Shown here one piece after another: positions 41,163 to 53,820 of a DNA stretch of 64,000 bases. Position 1 is the stretch's first letter; each line of letters begins with the position of its first letter. Source of the stretch: Octopus vulgaris (lineage: Eukaryota); the NCBI GenBank assembly GCA_951406725.2, contig OX597821.1, positions 3,782,001 to 3,846,000 on the forward strand, in the 5' to 3' direction. A model generated the notes under the pieces. It worked only from the letters and a program-made list of their open reading frames with translations, was not told where the DNA came from and made no database searches. Both the position numbers and the translations under genes were made by a program.

Positions 41163-41537
41163 TGTAGGCGCAGGAGTGGCCATATAGGCGCAGGAGTGGC
41201 TACAGAGGAGCATGATTGGCTATATAGGCGCACAAATGGCAATATAGGCGCAGGAGTGTCTGTGTCGTATGTATCTTGCTTACCAACCCTATGCTTCTGG
41301 GTTCAATCGCACTGCATGTCACCTTCGAAATTTATGCAGTATTTCTCGCTAAATCATCTCTACTTAATTTTGTGTTAAACTTCAATATTTTTATGGTTAA
41401 TATTACCGTCTCAGGAAAAAAGATAATTATATTCATACTACCGGTTACACTATGTTTTCACTGTCATCTACTATAGCCTCGGGCCGACCCAAACCTTGTG
41501 AGTGGATTTGATAGACGGAAACTGAAGGAAGCCAGTC

Positions 41538-41580
<43 letters not shown>

Positions 41581-41856
41581 TGTGTGTGTGTGTTCTGAGA
41601 GAGAGAGAGCGCGTGTGTGTGTGTGTGTGTGTGTGCGTGTGTACGTTTGCGTGTCTGTAGTTGTCCCTCCAGCATCGCTTGACAACTGATGCTGGTGTAT
41701 TTACGTCCCTGTAACTTAACGGTTCACCGAAAGATACCGATAGAATGAGTACTAGGCTGGCGAAGAATAAGCCCTGGGGTCCATTTGCTCGACTAAAGGC
41801 GGTGCTCCAATATGGCCGCAGTCAAATGCCTGAAACAAATATAAGAATAAAAGAAT
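41163..41856 (+). mobile_element. SINE family 1 with a multiplied 5' end and a ~140-bp insertion (41326-41464)
   Basis: Repeated TAGGCGCAGGAGTG units; the head is interrupted between CACCTT and TGTCATCTACTATAGCCTCGGGCC. Confidence 0.85.
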
Positions 41857-41989
41857 AACGGCAGTTACGTGACTGTGTGATAAGTAGGTTGCTTACCAAC
41901 CAAATGGTGCCGGGTTCAGTCTCACTGCGTGGCATGTGTGTATATTAATTGCAATAGTAATGTGTTTATTAATTGACAATAATAATGTG

Positions 41990-42418
41990 TATTTATTGAT
42001 TGACATGAGTCAATCACAATATAGTGGCGAAAGAATTTGACAAGATCAGTAAATATAAAGACTTACCAATAGAAATTGAAAAAAATGTGGCATCTCAAGA
42101 CGACTACAGTACCAGTGATTGTAGGATCCCTAGGAATGATAAAAAAAAAAGGTACTGAAAACGGTTTGAAAAAGATACCAGGCTTACTATCCCTACAGGA
42201 AGAGCAAAATATCATATTAGCTGGAACGACTCATGTACTGAGAAGGGCATTATTGCTGAGAAATCAACATCCATTCATGAATTTATTTATTTATTTATTT
42301 TAAAAATACCTGTGAATTTTCAGTGAGTAACCTGGGAATGCATACAATGAGCTTCTCTGCCCTAGGTGAACGGAAAGCGCTCGGCGAGAAATGGAAAAAA
42401 TTGAAGAAACAAGGAAAA
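41990..42418 (+). mobile_element. 3' fragment of an R4/Dong-like RLE retrotransposon (family B)
   Basis: LIDMS..NIVAKEFDKISKYKDLPIEIEK/MWHLKTTTVPVIVGSLGMIKK..IPGL..LAGTTHVLRRAL, with a 3'UTR ending in (AAT)n. Confidence 0.85.
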
Positions 42419-42481
42419 TAATGATAATATTAATAATAATAATAACAATAACAAAGCAACAACAACAACAACAACAACAAC

Positions 42482-42513
<32 letters not shown>

Positions 42514-42544
42514 CAACAATAATAATAATAATAATAATAATAAT

Positions 42545-43007
42545 TGTTTTGTCTTGGTATGACAGATGGGCTACAGCAAATATTCTGCTTAATACCACAG
42601 TTGGTTGCCCTTAACCAGTTGACCATGTGGCTGACGATATGTGCATCTCTGACCACAAGCAGAAGTAGTGGGGAGCATCATAGCTGTGTGTTGAAATGAA
42701 TTCTTGGAGGTTTGGATAATTCACATTTGGAAACATCGGTGGTTCGTGCAACATTCTTAAACAATCCTTATTCTGGGACCTTTTGAGTGGGATAGGCTAC
42801 TCGACCAGAAGCAAATTCTAACTGGGCCCCCACCTGCAAGATCATGTGCTGTTTATCTTGATATGAGATCACCATGTCGCGCACATAGAGTTGTGATGCA
42901 TGTGCCTAGTGTACCCTTATCAGACGGGAAGTCATGATGGGTATACTGGGCTTTGTATATTTTACCCCAGTCTCACTTTGATGGCGTGCTCTGCTCTCTC
43001 ACTCAGA

Positions 43008-43008
<1 letters not shown>
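42545..43008 (+). mobile_element. Non-coding dispersed element bounded by (AAT)n on both sides
   Basis: Higher-GC 460-bp block between AAT tracts, homologous to 6838-7090; no credible ORF. Confidence 0.7.
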
Positions 43009-43081
<73 letters not shown>

Positions 43082-43109
43082 CAACAACAACAACAACAAC
43101 AACAGCGAT

Positions 43110-43268
43110 TTCACTTTTTGCACTCGGCAAGCAATTTCAGGTATATGCACATATTTCATGAGCCCCGATGAATACGGGGACGAACCTAGTGGTATTTGAA
43201 CTGATAACGTGAAGACTAACGAAATACCGCTGCCCGGCGTAATCATGATTTCGCCAGTTCGCTGCCTT
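43110..43268 (-). mobile_element. SINE family 2, degenerate and deleted
   Basis: TTTGAACTG.TAACGT..ACGAAATACCGCT..CCCGGCGT..GCCAGTTCGCTGCC. Confidence 0.65.
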
Positions 43269-43269
43269 C

Positions 43270-43305
<36 letters not shown>

Positions 43306-43589
43306 TTTTAGCATTGGACATATTATGATTATCCTCCTTGTTTCCCCTTGTGTAAATACGTTATTGCTTTTCATATCGGTGTTCACATAATTCATGTTAT
43401 TAACCACATTGTCATCGTAATTTACCCAAATATAGCGTCATCTATCACGCATGTAGTAATAATAAAGGACAAGATATGTTGTTATTTTTATTACTAATAT
43501 TATTGTTGCTGTTGCTGTTGTTGTTGTTGCTATTATTATTATTATTATAATTATTATTATTAATATTATTATTATTGTAAGCACTTGAT

Positions 43590-43655
<66 letters not shown>

Positions 43656-44417
43656 TCATCATATTAGATATCGTATTATTATTGCGTACGAAACAATTAG
43701 CATCATAAGACGATGGCTAAATTATTGCAATGTCTTGTTTATACTGGGAAATACTCCGAGAATGACTTTTGCAAATCAATTTAACTGAACATTCATGATT
43801 TCTGCTAACTACGAAACATTCGGTAATGCGAATACAATTTAATATGCTAGAAGATCCTTATTGTCAGATGTACGTAAATCTTTCCACGAGTTGTACAGAT
43901 AACGTGGAAGAAGCTTAATGGATTAACTACTGAAGGGAACTTGTATACATACTACGTGCTATTTAGATTACATTTGTCTAGAATGATCAAACTGCACACT
44001 AATATACGCAGCAGTAACTATAGGGTTTTCTTCTGTATTTGTAATTCTCGGCTACATAATTTAGCAGTTGTATGTTTTAAACTGAAAAGCATAAGGTTCG
44101 TCGTTCTAGAAACTTCTACTAATGTGTCTTTGGGTATTTTGTATTTAAACTCATATATACTGTCTTCCCTTTAAGCATCTTCCTTCTTGTATTATTTGTA
44201 AATCTATAGGAGATAACGTTTGACTAGTTCACGATGAACATAACAATACGATATTGGCTTCCGGTATCTTTCAGTGAACGGTTGAATACATAAGATTTTC
44301 TGCTTGGAACCACAAACAATCACACATACACACATACACACACATACATACATGCACACACACACACCCAAACAGACACACATACATGCGTTCATGCATA
44401 CATATTTACATACTTTC

Positions 44418-44800
44418 TCTTTCACTTTAACTTGTTTCAGTCATTTGGTACTCCATACTGGAGCAGCGCTTTTAGTCGAGCAAATCGACCCCGAGACTTA
44501 AACTTTGGAAGTCTTGTACTTATTCTATCGGTCTCTTCTGCTGAACCGCTAAGTTACGGGAACAAAAACACACAGGTATCGGTTGTCAAGAGATATAGGG
44601 GGACAATCACAGTCACAAACACACACACACACACACATACACACATATATATATATATACATATACATATACATATATATACATATAGACGACGGGCTTT
44701 CAGTTTCCGTCTACCAAATCCACTCATAAGGCTTTAGTCGGCCCGAGGCCATAGTAGAAGACACTTGTCCAAGGTACCACGCAGTGGGAATGAACAAGGA
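44418..44800 (-). mobile_element. SINE family 1, 5'-truncated
   Basis: Colinear with 30405-30810. Confidence 0.88.
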
Positions 44801-45195
44801 CCATTCATGAACCAAAGCCAGATTACATAACGTTTCGTATCCAAAGGAAGGGTCTACATCCATCGATGTAGGGTCGCAGAGTAAAATTCTTTTACTTTGC
44901 ATAAATTGGTTTCTTGCTGAAAATATCACGGTTTATATTGGTCAGCTCATATGACGTGGCATATGCTACGCAAATATGGAATAACTCAACATTTTTTATT
45001 ATTTTTTAATAACCTAATCGTATTTTCAGTGTATGTGTGTATGTGCGTGTGTTTGTCTGAAAGGATGTGTGTTAATGCAAGTGTATACAAAAACATATGT
45101 ACATTGTTTGTACGTATATGTACACATGCGTAAAACAATGAAATAACCATACATATAATACATATATATATTTACACATATGTGCATACATGTAT

Positions 45196-45239
<44 letters not shown>

Positions 45240-45712
45240 GTGTGTGTGTGTGTGTGTGTGTGTGAACATATCAAAAGTTAAAGTTTGCAATACGAAAACA
45301 ATGAACGTTATTTTGTTTTTTTTACGGTGTGTTTCCGTTGCAGCACAATAAATATCAGTAAATTTATTTACTGAGAAACTCTCTGAGATGAAAACAACAT
45401 TCTCTGATGAAACACATCAATAACATATACTGCTATGTTCTTTGATGGAGATTTGGCATTAAGATGTGAGCTATACAAGAAAATATACATAGGTTTACAT
45501 ACGTTGATAGACGTAAAATTATACAAATATACACAAGGTTCATATATTCACACATGAACGTATACACAAGCATACACTCACTCACAAATACATACATCCA
45601 ACACACATACAGAGAGGGACACACGCACACAGCCACACAGCCACATATACATTTATTTGTATATATATACATATCTATCTATCTATCTGTCTCTCTGTCT
45701 GTCTCTGTGTGT

Positions 45713-45787
<75 letters not shown>

Positions 45788-46849
45788 CATTCAATAGTAC
45801 GCGTAAACATGGCGCTGGACTTGTCTCTTATTTTTCTTGAAAGTCATCATTATTTCTTAATATTACATCTTTCAAAAGTTCGCTTCCTTCAATGTAGGTA
45901 GTATTTCTGAAATGAAATTCACTATCACTCCGTGATAGTCAATGTTTCTTTTTTGTGCGTGTGTCGGGGAAGTAGAGATGAAAGCTTGTACCTTAATATT
46001 TCCTGGGCCACTTGTGCAACATTCTGGCATGGGGTTTGGTACGTGCGTGGAAAGAAAGTTAAGTATTGAAGAAGCACGGAAAGAAAATCATGCAACGCAC
46101 AAGGGATTTACGATGGAGGGATAAAAGTATAAATAGGGCAAAGCGGATAGAGCTCAAAGTGAAAAATTTATGTAATTATTAACACCGATAGACACGCATT
46201 TTGATTGCTTATGGGGTAAAAGAAGGTATTTAAAAGTACAAGGGGGGAAATGGAACAAAGACTATACATAAATAAATAAAATACAGTTCTGTTGTATTTT
46301 AATGTCGCTAATCCGTTGATTTTTTTTTCAATTTTAGGTATTTTCGAAGTAACTGCATGCTATTGCAATATCTCTGGGCTTCTCTTCAACTAGGTTAGAA
46401 TACGAATGCTTCTGAGAAATTTCTTTTCGCCAGTCTACATCAAATCGCACCTTGTTTTCAATATATAGTATGTTTATCGTTTTAGGGTGTTCTATTTTAA
46501 GTCACATTGATGTCATAAATTATATACGTACCATTTGCTGCATTCAGGGGACATGGACAAACGTCACGCTCGTTGTAACTACGTAGCGTTTTCTCTCCAG
46601 AAAATCTGTTACTCTTCTTATCCCCAAATGACTAATAGTTTTAAGCCATATGACAGTTAAACTAAGTCGAACAGTAACATTACAAGGTTTTAGTTCTGTA
46701 TATACAATTTTAAGCTATATAATCTTCATTTTGGGATTTTTCCCATAAATTACTAGAAGCAAGTTAGATGGCATTTTGCATGAGGTTAAGAATGTTGAAC
46801 TAGTGACTTGTTTTCAGTATTGCGAAACTCTGATGGTAAGTTTGTATAA

Positions 46850-47500
46850 TGCATGCCCAGGTATAAAATATTTAACTTGGTATATTTTGAAGAAAATACC
46901 TACAGTAGATCACGTTTTTGTCAAGATTTCTAAAAGACAAAATCCTGGAATATATCGAAAGCTATTATTAAATGATTCTTTATTCACTTACTTTCTCCGA
47001 TGACGAGCAAAATACTAGATATTTTGTTAGAGATAAAATATTAGAGAAAGCCTTTGCTAATTTCAGTGGAATTACAGAACACAGGAAAATGATATCTCTC
47101 TCTACATCTCTGCCATTAGTAAACAAATTCCTGATTCTGAGAATGCCGTATCTTCATTCATTGGGTTATAGGAAAACAATGTCTTATCTTTTTGTCAATG
47201 GCGTTGAACACATTCTAAGTGTGACTCGTTTACCTAATGGCTCAGCTTATAACATGTCGTATTTTGATTCGAGTGTTGGAACTGCTGCTAGAAGTATTTC
47301 AGTTAATCATTTTCCCCAAACATTTATGATATTTCGGACGAGTGATTATTTTTTGTTGTCGGAACATGGGTCTATTTTCATTTAGAAGATTTTTCAGGTC
47401 TGCTTTGAATGTGTATTTGAAGCTATACGCACAATACTTTACTAAATCGCTTTGAATCGCCGGATTACATTTGTGAAGTTGCAGTTTCATTTTTATATTC
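46850..47500 (-). pseudogene. Possible ancient CR1/L2-type LINE C-terminal remnant
   Basis: Minus-strand peptides HLECVQR and RDVERDIIFL resemble the 'LExVQR' and 'RRxRxDLIF' motifs; many stops. Confidence 0.35.
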
Positions 47501-47814
47501 TTTTACATTATCCCTCACAGTTGGGCAACCTCCTTCCGTGCTTGCGTGCACAGCACAAACATACATTTACTATTTTGTAATATAGACAAATACACACACA
47601 CACATACACACTCATATACACACACATACATATATATATATATACATAAATTATATATCTATATACATATATATATATATATATATATAAATAATTACGT
47701 TGTATGTATGTATATATATATATGAATACACATCCACATGCTTATAGATAAATATATATATATATATGTGTGTGTGTGTGTATGTATATATGTATATACG
47801 CATATATACTTACA

Positions 47815-47880
<66 letters not shown>

Positions 47881-48661
47881 TATATATATATATGCATACA
47901 TACGTTCATATATGTGTGCGTGTGAGTGTTTGTTTGATGTGTGCAGTGAGAGTCACTGATATACATAAAGACATACATATAATTAAATATGTGAATGTGT
48001 TCAAATTTGAATGAACATTCCTTTATAAATCCGGAATAACACAAAGTGAAATCGTTGTATATGCATAAAGCTTTGTCTTCCTCAGTCGGTACATGGTTAT
48101 TAATTTATTACATACTATATTAAACTTTCTGATCCGGCTCCAATACCATACGGCACGAAATATTCAATCTCGCAATCTTTTGATATTATTCTGTACAGTA
48201 AAATAATTATTTGTTGCACGGTATTCGAAATATTTCTGGACGAAAATTATATTTTCGTCTGTTATATAGCGTTCAATTACCTCAAAGAATATTCATAGAG
48301 AACAATTTTCTATTCATATATGTATATATATGTATGCATTATATTACATAATATTCTTTATTCCTAATAACTGGTTACATTGCTTTATAATAGAATGCGA
48401 TAATGCTGACTTTAGAATTAAGAAGAATGGCTGTCGCTCCGTTTCTTAAGAATTAGAATTTTGCCTATTGTTATTATGTAGGTCTCATGTTGCTAAAGTG
48501 TGTAAGATCCCATTTTTGGAGCAAATCCCAAGAAGAGGCAATTCCTTTTATCATTATTACCTGTGATTCTCCTCGACTTCCTCCTTTTGGAGTCAATGAA
48601 ATAAGTACCAGTTGAACACCCTCACCCATAACGTTGCTGCCCTTGTTGTACAATTTGAATC

Positions 48662-48787
<126 letters not shown>

Positions 48788-48802
48788 CATCAGCAGCATC
48801 AT

Positions 48803-50240
48803 TCAGTAGTTTTAGTTTTATAGCGTGCTTTCACTTCACAACCGAGCGCAGCTCTGTGTGCCTTGGGTATGTGCTGTGATTTGTTGTGATGCTCTGATGC
48901 TCTGATGGTTATTGTATGGAAAGTGTTCTGCGTAGGATGTGTGCAGTGCCTAGTAGTACAATTTTCTGTATGTTATATGTGTTTGTAAGTCCTGGGGTTT
49001 TTGTTATGTATTTGTCTGAATATTTTTTTATCATTCCTAATGCACCTACTATGATAGGAATTGTTTCTGTTTTTAGATTCCACATTCTAGTTACCTCTAT
49101 TTCCAGGTCTTTGTATTTTGAGAGTTTCTCCATTTCTTTTAGAGACACGTTGTCATCTGCCGGTATTGATACATCAATTAGAAAGCATTTTTTTCTTCAT
49201 GATCTCTGACAACTATATCTGGTCTGTTGGCCTTAATTTCTCTATCTGTGTCTATCGGCATATCCCAGAGTATGGTTGCTTTCTCGTTTTCTGTGACCTT
49301 TTCTGGTGTGTGTCTATGCCATCTTTTTTCTGTGGTTATTCCATAATGTTGGAATAGCTTGCAGTGTATGTAGATCCCAACTCTGTCGTGTCTGTGAATA
49401 TATTCCTTCCTAGCCAGGACTGGGCAGCTAGAGATAATATGATTTATTGTTTCTTGTCCATCTCCACATATTCTGCAGTTACTTGTAATATTTCTTTTCA
49501 TTACATGTTTTTGGTAATTTCTGGTGGGGAGGCTTTGGTCTTGTGCTGCAATTAAAAATCATTCTGTCTTTGCTTTGAGTCCCGAGCTTCTCAGCCATTG
49601 CTGGGATTTTTCTTTGTCTATTTCTTTTGCATTTAGTTTAGTCCAGTATTTACCATGAAGGGGCTTTTCTTGCCATCGTTTTATCATGGCTCGTTGCTGT
49701 TCTATTTTTAGTTTGGATTTCATTTGTTTTATAGCTTTTGTTGTTTCTTCTTCTTCTTCTTCTTCTTCTTCTTCTTCTTCTTCTTCTTCTTCTTCTTCTT
49801 CTTCTTCTTCTTCTTCTTCTTCTTCTTCATATTTGTTACGTGGTATGATTTCTTGTTTGTATTTGTCAGCTTCCTTAAATACTGTGAACAAATTTTTTTG
49901 TTTTGCTCGTGTTTTGACGCTATTTGTATCAGTTATCCTTGCTTCTGAAGTAGGTATTTTTGCAGCCCTATGGTGGTTATTTTATAGTAGTTTTCTAGCT
50001 TTATAAGACTTCAGCCACCTTCTATATAGCCTTTCTATGTCACATTTTGGGTGATGCATCCTAGATCCTATCATTATTTTTCTTGTTTTCCTATCTATTT
50101 TGGTTAGTTCATTTAGTGTCCAGTTAAGGATATTGTAGTTGTAACTTATAACTGGAACGGCTAAAGTGTTAATACCTATTATCTTGTCTTTAGCATTGAG
50201 CTCTGTTTATAGTATTGATCTAACTCGTCTATAGTATTCT
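48803..50240 (-). mobile_element. 5'-truncated R4/Dong-like RLE retrotransposon (family A), longest copy
   Basis: INTLAVPVISY..WTLNELTKIDRKTRK..MHHPKCDIERLY; RWQEKPLHGKY; CCHC knuckle CRICGDGQETINHIISSC; RHDRV; ANRPDIVV..LIDVSIPADDNVSLKEMEKLSKYKDLE..GALG..LLGTAHILRR. Frameshifted; flanked by (ATT)n and (TTC)/(ATT)/(AGT)n. Confidence 0.95.
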
Positions 50241-50310
50241 TTCTTCTTCTTCTTCTTCTTCTTATTATTATTATTGTTAGTATTATTATTGTTGTTGTTA
50301 TTATTATTAT

Positions 50311-50348
<38 letters not shown>

Positions 50349-50358
50349 ATAGTAGTAC

Positions 50359-50390
<32 letters not shown>

Positions 50391-50410
50391 CTAGTAGTAG
50401 TAGTAGTATT

Positions 50411-50726
50411 CTGTGTTTGACTTATGCTTTATATTTGTACAAGTTGGCTCCAAGTCCGACCCAGAGACCTCAAGAGACAACTGGTTGGAAGTTCGTGATG
50501 TTGTTATGCCTAGTGTGGCATATATTTGGTTTCGTATTTAGTGTTGTACTAGTGAATGTCAAAAAAAAAAAAACGAAAATTATGTTTGTTTTAAAATTTG
50601 AGATTACTTAGAAAGTATTTTGCGTAGGATATGTGCAGTTCCCATGAGCACTGACTTTTGAATTTTAGCCATTTTGGGGTTTCCTGGTATCTGAGTTAGG
50701 TAGCGATCAGCCCTTTTTGCTATCAT
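50411..50726 (-). mobile_element. 3' fragment of Dong-like family C (ORF end plus 3'UTR); parent of the 70-bp array unit
   Basis: Minus strand 50726-50604 encodes MIAKRADRYLTQIPGNPKMAKIQKSVLMGTAHILRKILSK*; the last 70 nt of the UTR match the array unit. Confidence 0.9.
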
Positions 50727-50755
50727 TCATTATTATTATTATTATCATTACTATA

Positions 50756-50824
<69 letters not shown>

Positions 50825-50903
50825 GTTATTATTGTTATTATTTTCATCATCATCATCAACATTATTATTATTATCATCATTATTATTATTTTTATTATTA
50901 TTA

Positions 50904-51002
50904 TATGTTTGACTTTTGCTTTGTATTTGTACAAGTTGGCTCCATGTCTCAGCTACAGACCTCAAAAGACAAGTTAGAAGTTCAAATTGGTGTTATGCCT
51001 AC
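50904..51002 (-). mobile_element. Shorter, more diverged family C 3' terminus
   Basis: TATGTTTGACTTTTGCTTTGTATTTGTACAAGTTGGCTCCA..AGACCTCAA.AGACAAG.TAGAAGTTC, directly after (ATT)n. Confidence 0.85.
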
Positions 51003-51032
51003 GTTGTCTTTAATTTAGTTTTTTATATAGTA

Positions 51033-51275
51033 TTCTTTTCTACTCTAGGCACTAGGCCCGAGATTTTGGGGAAAGGGGCCATCCGATTTGATCGATCCGA
51101 TTACGCATCTGGTACTTCATTTAATGACCCCGAAGGGATGAAATGAAAAGTTGATCTCGGTGAAATTTGAACTCAGAACGTAAAGACAGACGAAATACCG
51201 CTAATTAAGTACCCATTGAGCACTAACTTATTCCCCCCACAGGACTTGCTGGGCTTGTGCCAAAATTTGAAACCG
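51033..51275. mobile_element. SINE family 2 fragments (- at 51033-51203, + at 51204-51275)
   Basis: AATTTGAACTCAGAACGTAAAGACAGACGAAATACCGCTAA followed by TTAAGTACC..GAGCACT..CTTGTGCCAAAATTTGAAACC. Confidence 0.7.
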
Positions 51276-51725
51276 CTATTATTGTTGTTGTTGTGTTTGT
51301 TGTTGCTGCTGCAGTCAGCAGAGTCTTAGTCACCGTTGTTGTTGTTGTTGTAAGATTGCCAGCAAACGGACAACATTTTTAGTATACTGGGCTCATTGAT
51401 TATCCTAATTTCTTCGTCTACACTTTTTGCTGCTCACGTTAGCACATCCATATATATGTACATACATACAAACATATATACACGAATACACATGCACAAA
51501 TATACTTACATGTATATCTATAAATGAATAAAAATACACACACATACATATACGTATATATGTGTGTGTGTGTGAGTCTGTTTGTACACATATATATGCA
51601 TATAAATATATATGTACATGTATATATATATGTGTATATACATGTATATACGTATGCATATATATGTATATAAATATGTGTATAGATTTACATATATATA
51701 TTTAACTATCTATCTATGTATCTCG

Positions 51726-51789
<64 letters not shown>

Positions 51790-51790
<1 letters not shown>

Positions 51791-51995
51791 AGGGCGCGTG
51801 GCTTAGTGGTTAGGGCATTCGGCTCATGATCGTAGGTTGTGAGTTCATTCCGGCGACGCGTTGTGTCCTTGAGCAAGACACTTTATTTCACGTTGCTCCA
51901 GTCCACTCAGCTGGCAAAAATGAGTTGTCTTATTCAAGGGTCAGCCTTGTCACTCTCTGTGTCACGCTGATTATCCCCGAGAACTACGTTAAGGT
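51790..51995 (+). mobile_element. SINE family 3 (tRNA-like head plus GTGTCCTTGAGCAAGACACTTT core)
   Basis: A-box TGGCTTAGTGG, B-box-like GAGTTCATTCC, then TGTGTCCTTGAGCAAGACACTTTATTTCACGTTGCTCCAG..TCAGCTG..AAATGAGTTG. Confidence 0.85.
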
Positions 51996-52093
51996 TCGGA
52001 GTCTATATATGTATATATATATATTAACATTAATAGTATGACAACAACGATATTATGTGAATAGAGGAATTTATCTGTAAGATAATATCTGAC

Positions 52094-52200
52094 AATTATT
52101 CGGTTGCCATAATAAAACCCCGAGTTTCGGATGTCGGAGCGGAAATCGTTACTCCGCCCTACATTCGAACGCGGAGTTTTATTATGGCAACCGAATAATT
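52094..52200. repeat. 107-bp palindrome with 25-bp perfect outer arms (MITE-like)
   Basis: AATTATTCGGTTGCCATAATAAAAC...GTTTTATTATGGCAACCGAATAATT, with further inner pairing (TTCGGATGT/ACATTCGAA, GCGGA/TCCGC). Confidence 0.85.
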
Positions 52201-52612
52201 TGGGTTTACAAGTCACTCAAATTACAGTCAATGAGGAAGAGATATGGCGCTGGTCCCACAGTCGTTACAATATTTTATTTTTGATTCAATTATTAGGATC
52301 ATACGTTTCCCTCTCATCTGCCCGATTTCCATAAAGAATATGGCAATCATAAAACATTAAGAACAGACGGATCAGTTTCTTCCTCCTATATTTTCTAATC
52401 TTTTGCCTAAAAAAGAATCATTACATCTATATAATTATAGATCATTAATTAGAAGGTTTCCATAAGTGAAGTAAGTGCAATATGGTTTTTTTCATCAAGC
52501 TTTGAGGTTGATGAGATTGTAAAAGCATTTTCTTCTTCATTTCAAGTCATTTTGAAGCAAAATACTTCATGTTAGCATATTTGTTACATATGTTATATAT
52601 GGGTGTATGTTG

Positions 52613-52661
<49 letters not shown>

Positions 52662-53616
52662 CAGAGAGGGAGACAGAATCAACAAAATATACTTACATAT
52701 ACAGATATATTGATATGTATATATAGACACATATATACATATTCATTCAAGTTTACATTTTATACGCACATATATACTTACATATAAACATATGCGTGTA
52801 GGCGTATGTATGCACGTAAGTATGAATGTATATAATTCTCTGGAATCGGAGACAATGAAAAGAAAATATGTGTTAGATCCTTCTTTTCCCTAGCGTGTCT
52901 GTCTGTTCGCTATCGAAATTTGATAGTGCCAAGGCATCGTCTTAATAGAGGCTAATGTTTGTCGAAAGCGATTTATTGATAAGCATATCCAGACAATGAA
53001 AAGCATATAAAATTACCATATCTGATTTACAATGCTACGTCGAATAAGACTTGCGTGTCTATTCCCTTAGTGGAGTCGAACATTTGTTCAAGAGTAGTTT
53101 TTCTTAGCCTGGGCTGATATTCAAGTAGCACTAAAGACACAAATATCATGCATGCATACTTCGTAGTTCTTTCTAGTAGGGCACCTAACACGAAGAAAAG
53201 AATTCTAAATAATTCTATACTGGTCCGGCAGTCGTAAGATCACTTGCTTAATACTACACACAAGGCACTGTATATCAAGCGGTGATGCAATGTTTGGAGC
53301 AGCGAATTTACGGAAATATGTAGGCGATACGGAAGGTGTTTTCAACAGCTTAAGGTCATCGTTTAATATCCAGAACAGTCGTAAAGTCGCAATTTTACCT
53401 AAACATTGGAAGAAAATGCCGCACATTATCTAAGACAAAACTTAGACAATGTGATGACAGCAATGCAAACTCTATTTAACCGTTCTTCAGATTAAACTTC
53501 CAATAGCAAAAATCCCTTGTTATACATCTCCATTCTGCCATAACTTATAATTGCTAAATCTGCTCCTACAGTTTCCTAAACAAATCATTTGCTAATAGTT
53601 TCCCTGTCATCAGACT

Positions 53617-53675
53617 ATAATGACAATGATTATAATAATAATGATAATGATGGTAATAATGATAATAATAATAAT

Positions 53676-53750
<75 letters not shown>

Positions 53751-53820
53751 AAGAAGAAGAAGAAGAAGAAGAAGAAGAAGAAGAAGAAGAAGAAGAATGA
53801 TAATAATAATAATAGTAATG
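53617..53820. repeat. Compound (AAT)n-(AAG)n microsatellite
   Basis: Read directly from the sequence. Confidence 0.95.

Noticed and set aside
46776-47385. 75-aa and 137-aa plus-strand ORFs as exons
   Set aside because: No recognisable domain or convincing splice sites; they lie antisense to a probable LINE remnant.
51790-51870. tRNA gene
   Set aside because: A/B boxes are present but there is no complete cloverleaf, and the sequence continues into a SINE core seen again at 57960-58110.
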